From: Eledone cirrhosa | Taxonomy: Eukaryota | Direction: 5' to 3' | NCBI GenBank assembly: GCA_964016885.1 | Contig: CAXHJY010000522.1 | Location: 124,001-188,000 of the forward strand | DNA length: 64,000 nucleotides | Shown: piece by piece, positions 55,298 to 64,000 of the stretch | Layout of the letters: the number at the start of each line of letters is the position of its first letter | Position numbering within the stretch: the first letter of the stretch is position 1 | Program-made: the position numbers and the translations under genes | The notes under the pieces: generated by a model | What the model saw: only the letters and a program-made list of their open reading frames with translations | Told to the model about the DNA's origin: nothing | The model's database searches: none

Positions 55298-55798
55298 GTG
55301 AAATAATTCGAGACAAGAACGTATAATAGACAAGGCGAATATGTTAGGATTTCGAAGATGTTCATCTACCTTCATAAGCCTCGAAAAGAAAGAGGAAGGT
55401 AGATAAGGGGATAGATAACTTTCGTAGAGACAGTCATAATAGCCAACGCGGGAAAAAAAACAAGGGTAAAGAATATATATGCATTGTGAAGGCCAGCAAA
55501 ATGATAAATAGCAACAATAATAATAATAATTGTTTATAGTTTTGGCACAAGGCCATCAATTACCCAGTACATTACTGATACTTTATTTTATAGAACCCGT
55601 AAGGATGGACGGTAAAGTTAACCTCGGCGGGATTTGAACTCAGACCGCAAAGGGACGTAACTATGCTGGAAAGTATGGCGTTCGACCCTCTACCCATACT
55701 GCCAATCCAATGTGAGCAGAACATTTGCAATTGGGGAAGAAAGATACCTGGAAATGCATGGATGTCTGGAATATGGTTTAGGAGTTAATTTTGGTCAT

Positions 55799-58540
<2,742 letters not shown>

Positions 58541-58574
58541 TATAAGATCAAAAGATGGTTAAAGGAGTTCCATG

Positions 58575-58645
58575 TATTTTATTATGCGCATTTCAAAAAC
58601 AGATATCATCATGCAATAATATTTGTGTTTTCATCAGATAAAACA
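58575..58645 (-). ncRNA. Type I hammerhead ribozyme, mirror copy on the minus strand
   Basis: Reverse complement of 58756-58826 with one substitution in stem II; core TCATCAG at 58631-58637 on the + strand. Confidence 0.78.
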
Positions 58646-58755
58646 GGAGAACATGATATGAAGGCTAAAAACACTTGTGGATAGTGCAGTTTTAAATCAA
58701 CATATCCACAACTGCACTATCCACAAATGTTTTTAGCCTTCATATCATGTTCTCC

Positions 58756-58826
58756 TGTTTTATCTGATGAAAACACAAATATTATTGCATGATGATATTT
58801 GTTTTTGAAATGCGCATAATAAAATA
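58756..58826 (+). ncRNA. Type I hammerhead ribozyme (Penelope/retrozyme-type, palindromic stem III)
   Basis: Stem I tgttttat/ataaaata. Core CTGATGA at 58764-58770. Stem II of about 15 bp (aaacacaaatattat/atgatatttgttttt). GAAA at 58807-58810. Palindromic ATGCGCAT stem III. AUA cleavage triplet ending at 58818. Confidence 0.8.
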
Positions 58827-58952
58827 CATGGAACTCCTTTAACCATCTTTTGATCTTATATTATGTATACTCTAGTCCTACAAACTGTAGAGTGCTTCTT
58901 ATCCGATATCTGCATTGCTTTATTGTACTACAATAAAACTCACCTCCTACAT

Positions 58953-61308
58953 ATCATCATCATCATCACCGTTTTACGTCCGTTCTTCCACGCTAGCATG
59001 GGTTAGACGGGTTGTCCTGTTGTGGGCAGTGTCTGGTCGGCTGACCATGCCTTGCTCATACAGGAACTGATCTGGCTTGATTTCTACAGCTGGATGCCCT
59101 TCCTAACACCAACCTCATTTACAATGAGTGCTGGGTGCTTTTTCGTGGCGCCTACACGTCCACTTTACAGTGTGGGCTGGGTGCTTTTTTGCCGTGGCAC
59201 CTCCACGACCACCTTGCGGTGGGGGGGGGGGGGGGGGCATATTGTTTATATGCTTCAGCATGTACCCATGGGAGGTCGGGTACCCTGTATTACTGCGTGA
59301 CGCCAGAAGTCACGGTCGTGTGTCATTGACTTTGAGAGGTGTAGTTGGGTAAGGTCGGCTTTTATCACCTCATCCTAAGTCATCTTGGGTCTCCCCACTC
59401 CGCGGTTTCCATCAACTTCTAGTGCTCTGCACCTTTTTATGCAGCTGTCATCCTTCATACGCATCACATGTCCATACCAGCGTAACCGCCTCTCCTGCAC
59501 GCAGCATTTGATTCCTCTTATGCTCAGTCTCTCTCTCAATTCATTTATGCTTTGTCGTTCACGTATATTACTGTTACACATCCATCGGAGCATGCAGGCT
59601 TCGTTTCTCTCTAATCTACGTAAGTCTTCCACCTTCAGCGCCCAGGTCTCACTACCATGCAACATCGCTGTTCGGATACACGCATCATACAGTCTGCCTT
59701 TCATTCTGAGGGAGAAGACTTTTGCAGCTAGCAGTGGTAGTAGTTCCCTAAACTTCTTCCATCCCGTTCTTACCCTAGTTATTGTACTTTCTGAGCACCC
59801 ACCTCCGTTGCTAATTCGGTCACCTAGGTAGCAGAGGCTGTCTACTGTTTCTACAGGGCCCTCCCAGAGATTGGTGGTACTTGTTTCCTGTGGCTGTTTG
59901 CTTGCTGTTTCAGCACAGCTGCTGCATGTGAATCCTACATTCTTAATTAAGCTTCCTGAGATCCCGCTACATCTCTTGTGTACCCATTGTTTGCATTTGG
60001 GGCAAAGAATGGAGTTCCTACCTACACCTTTCCTACATACTGAGCAAGGCCATTTCCCTGAGGGGATCTGGGTTCTGTTTTCTCGTCTACTTATAAGGAC
60101 CTTAGTCTTTGTCATGTTGACTTTGAGGCCCTTTCTCTCTAGTCCCTGCTTCCAGGTTTGGAATTTATTCTCTAGTTCTACCATAGATTCAGCTATGAGT
60201 GCGAGGTCATCAGCATACAGGAGTTCCCATGGGCATCCGGTCTTAAACTCCTCCGTTATTGCCTGCAGGACTATGATGAACAGGAGAGGGCTAAGAACAG
60301 AGCCCTGGTGGACCCCAACCTGTACGCTAAATTCCTCGCTATACTCATTGCCAATCCTAACTTTGCTGACTGCTCCCCTATACATGGCTTGTACCGCTTT
60401 CACAAGCCATTCATCTACTCCTAGTTTTCTAAGAGCCCACCAGATTACTGCACGTGGAACTCTGTCAAAGGCTTTCTGAAGGTCGACAAATGCCAAGTAG
60501 AGTGGCTTACTTTTAGCTAGGTACTTTTCCTGTAATTGCCTCACAAGGAAGAGCGCATCAGTGGTGCCTTTCCCTGGTACAAACCCAAATTGCATCTCGT
60601 CTATATTCACCCGGTCCCTAATCAGCTGTGCTATAACTCTTTCTGTTACTTTCATGACCTGGTCCATCAACTTTATACCTCTATAGTTTCCTCTATCTAG
60701 TGCATCGCCTTTACCTTTGTAGCAGTTGACAATGATGCTACTGCACCAATCTTTTGGTATGGCCCCCTCTAGTATTACCTGGTTAACGATACGTGTGGTT
60801 ATAGTGTGACCTACAGACCCAGATGCCTTCAGCATCTCGGCAGCTATACCCGATGGACCGGTTGCCTTCCCTATCTTCATATCTCTGATTGCCTTACTTA
60901 CTACGCTGCCGCTGACTTGTACTGCTGGTCCCTCTATAGGGTCTACGTGGGGTAGGGTCTCTTCTTCCCATGCATTCTCCTCATTTAGTAATCTATCATA
61001 ATGACTCTTCCATGCATCTTTCTTCTCAGCACTTGTGAGGGCAAGCTCACCTTTATCATTCCGGATACACTTCTCTCCAATGACATCACAACTATCTCTG
61101 ACACACTGCCTCGCAATCTTGAATACCTCCTGTTTCTGGTCCTCACGTTGTAAAACATGCTTGAATTTTCTATCCTCTGCTTCCCTCCTAGCTAAGTATA
61201 CTTGTCGCCTAGCTTCCCTCTTGGTCTCTATGTAATGTACCCTGCTCCCCCCGTTCTTCCATTCTTTCCATGCCTGTCTCTTGGCCTTGACTGCTTCATC
61301 TACCTTAT
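58953..61308 (-). mobile_element. RTE-clade LINE, young copy: RT domain, PHD finger, 3' UTR and (GAT)n tail
   Basis: Uninterrupted frame 61308-59375 with [42 protein letters not shown]. Premature TAG where other copies read KTW. Tail (cat)n at about 58955. Confidence 0.95.
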
Positions 61309-61415
61309 TATACATATATATATACATATACATATATATATACATATACATATATACATATATATGTATATATATACATATATATATATACATATATATA
61401 CATATACATATATAC

Positions 61416-61511
<96 letters not shown>

Positions 61512-61516
61512 ATATA

Positions 61517-61877
61517 CACTAACTTCAAAAAACGAGGCAATCACTTGATCACCTACAGATCAGGGGAACATACTGGCCAGGTAGATTATATCCTTACCAG
61601 AAGACGTGACAAAGTGACTGTCGTAAACACTACATCCCTCCCCCATGAAGAATGCACTTCCCAACATAGACTGATAATTAGCGACCTAATAGTCAGGACG
61701 AGACGTACTAGACAACAGAAGAGGACTATCCTCAGGAGAAAAATATGGAAGCTAAAGGACCCCACAGCCAAAAATAAATTCCAAAGCATATTACTTGATG
61801 CTTTCGACAGTGAGGAAGAGCAATTAGAGACGTACAAGGTAGAGGAACAGTGGGAATTCCTGAAAGCAAACCTGCTA
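61517..61877 (+). mobile_element. Inverted 5' segment of the same RTE LINE (C-terminal end of APE endonuclease)
   Basis: [16 protein letters not shown]...QVDYIL...[10 protein letters not shown]...WKLKD; the APE-type TY...DYIL...SxH motif lies on the opposite strand to the RT body. Confidence 0.85.
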
Positions 61878-62900
61878 CTACGAGCTGTCTCACCTATGTA
61901 CACTATATTTTTGTTTCTACATTGTCCTTCAGTACATCTTATGCTATACACTACATTTCTAGTTTTACAGTTAATATGGGGGCTTATTTTACAGGTTATA
62001 CATTTCTTATCTATACATGAGGGTCTTTGGAACGGGTATGTCTTGCTAATAAGTGTTTTTACGGAGGTACCTGGTCTTTCTACTATCTTAATATTGAGTT
62101 TATGTTTATTTAGGGCCCTTCTAAATTTGTAGGCGAAATAAACATAAACTCAATATATAGTGTACATAGGTGAGACAGCTCGTAGTATAGGGGAACGAAT
62201 AAATGAACACTGGCGAGACCTTCAAGATAATAAAGAATCATCTGTGCTCTACCAACATGCTAAGATAGAGCACAAGGGTAAATTAGAGAACATAGAAATA
62301 AAAATAGAATCCACAAACAGAAAAGATGCAATGTTTAGGCAAATTACAGAGGCAGTAACCATAAAAGATTACAACCAAAATTAAATAGAAAATATGAGTG
62401 GAACAGCAACATCACAACTTACAATTAAGGACAAAATGAAAACACACACACACACATAGAACAAACAACCAACCAACAACATGTAAATAAATAAATAAAT
62501 AAACAAATAGATAAATGAACACAAACACACACAGACACCCGGATGTGGCGCATGCGCAAACTGAGCACACAACACACACACAGAAACAAAATGGCGTAGG
62601 ACAGAAGAAAAGAAAGGCAAAGAAACAAAGTAAGGAATCCCCAGTCACTGAAGAGGTCACAGAGTGTGTGACGAAAGGACTGACTATATATAAACAACAA
62701 TCTGGTTGTGGAACCAACCATCCAAGCAGAAATTTATAAGTTTGTAGATTTGTAAATTTATAAATATATGATAAATTGAAGTGAAAGCAACTGGTGAGTG
62801 TGTTTCTTATTGGCAACATGACCCTCCCAAAGTATAACAATATCGGTTTCAACACACGATTTCAGATAAAGAATCTTGCTAAACAAATTCAGAAACGAAA
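61876..62900 (+). mobile_element. 5'-truncated, 5'-inverted Penelope-like element (Cys-rich linker + C-terminal GIY-YIG endonuclease, Neptune-like)
   Basis: Minus-strand 61876-62135 encodes ...CIDKKCITC...[18 protein letters not shown]...YIGETARS. Plus-strand 62156-62400 encodes [17 protein letters not shown]...HAKIEH...RQITEAVTI. The 3' UTR has a hammerhead-like motif and ends in (TA)n. Confidence 0.85.
62642..62688 (+). ncRNA. Degenerate hammerhead motif in the 3' region of a Penelope-like element
   Basis: agtca-CTGAAGA-g-gtcaca/tgtgac-GAAA-ggac-tgact. Stems I and II are present, but stem III/NUH is defective. Lies downstream of the GIY-YIG coding sequence. Confidence 0.45.
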
Positions 62901-62939
62901 TATATATATACATATACATATATACATATATATATATAC

Positions 62940-62970
<31 letters not shown>

Positions 62971-63393
62971 CATATATATATATACATATATATATATACA
63001 TATATATATATATACATATATATATACATATACATATATATATACATATACATATACATATATATATACATATACATATATATATATACATATACATATA
63101 CATATATATATACATATACATATACATATATATATACATATATATACATATATATATATACATATACATATACATATATATATACATATATATACATATA
63201 TATATATATACATATACATATATATATACATATACATACATATATATATATATACATATACATATATATATACATATACATACATATATATATATATACA
63301 TATACATATATATATACATATACATACATATATATATATATACATATACATATATATACATATATACATATACATATACATATATATATATAC

Positions 63394-63465
<72 letters not shown>
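62900..63465. repeat. Compound (TA)n/(TACATA)n microsatellite
   Basis: Directly visible. Confidence 0.98.
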
Positions 63466-64000
63466 TTCTTTTATTTGCCACTAGGGCATCAAAAGTGGGA
63501 CAAGTACAAAGGGGGGAGTTTACACAAAAAGGCGTCCTCAATAAGGAGGAGGCAATAACAAAATATAAAAATAAAATAAGATATAACAAAAAATAAAATT
63601 TTTAACAAAATCCTCAATAGAGAGGAGGCGCCTTGGGGGGTCGCACACACCCCCGAAAAAAGTGTGCAACCCTTCTCCTCAGGAGCACAGAGAAGGGGTG
63701 CTCCCTTGGTCTTTCATCTTCCTCACCTATAGTCTGATGTAGAGTGAAGGCCCATTCACACGGGCCATTCTCGCCACTTTCACCCATCTTTCATAGAAAC
63801 GGCTGGGGTGCAGCACCTCTCTCTCCATCCTGATCCTTCTTCCGAAATGATATCGGAAGAAACGGACCAGTTGTTGGCCAGAGAGAAAGGTGCCCGACCT
63901 CAGTCCTTTCAGACGCGTCCACCATACAACCTCTTTCGCCATGGCTATTACGCACAGAAACACCGCCTCTGCTTCATCTTTGAAGGGGGGAGGCGGCTTG
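63465..64000 (-). mobile_element. L1/Tx1-like LINE 3' end inserted at (TA)n
   Basis: FLCVIAMAKEVVWWTR...FYERWVKVARMARV (AK..(I/V)W..R motif), then a 3' UTR and A-rich end abutting the microsatellite; runs off the window. Confidence 0.65.

Noticed and set aside
59375-61540. 721-aa ORF as an intact retrotransposon gene
   Set aside because: The first ~78 aa come from the microsatellite, the endonuclease is inverted and partial, and there is a premature stop near the C-terminus; not autonomous.

Overview
AT-rich, microsatellite-dense eukaryotic DNA. The repeat content (RTE LINEs with (GAT)n tails, tRNA-derived SINEs, long (TA)n/(TACA)n tracts) looks like a coleoid cephalopod (octopus-like); this is an inference. 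The only host coding sequence found is three minus-strand exons of a plexin-domain-containing gene (PLXDC1/2, TEM7 family) at 48402-47912, 10942-10820 and 7109-7040. They splice in frame and include an unusual Thr-rich mucin-like exon with a furin motif. The rest is intronic or repeat-derived: several RTE LINE copies with a PHD finger inside the RT region, SINEs, non-autonomous Helitrons, hAT/pogo/piggyBac-like MITEs, L1/Tx1, CR1, CRE and Gypsy remnants, and a Penelope-like GIY-YIG fragment. The most notable signals are: (1) a near-perfect 155-bp-arm palindrome at 58537-58864 carrying two divergent type I hammerhead ribozymes, one per strand, plus further hammerhead motifs at about 18.5 kb, 62.6 kb and possibly 17.9 kb; (2) a 37-bp satellite grown out of one arm of an inverted-repeat element; (3) two 5'-inverted retroelements of different classes fused head-to-head; (4) a TSD-flanked SINE insertion containing an inverted copy of neighbouring DNA. 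All calls are by eye, and repeat boundaries are approximate unless TSD or TIR evidence is given.
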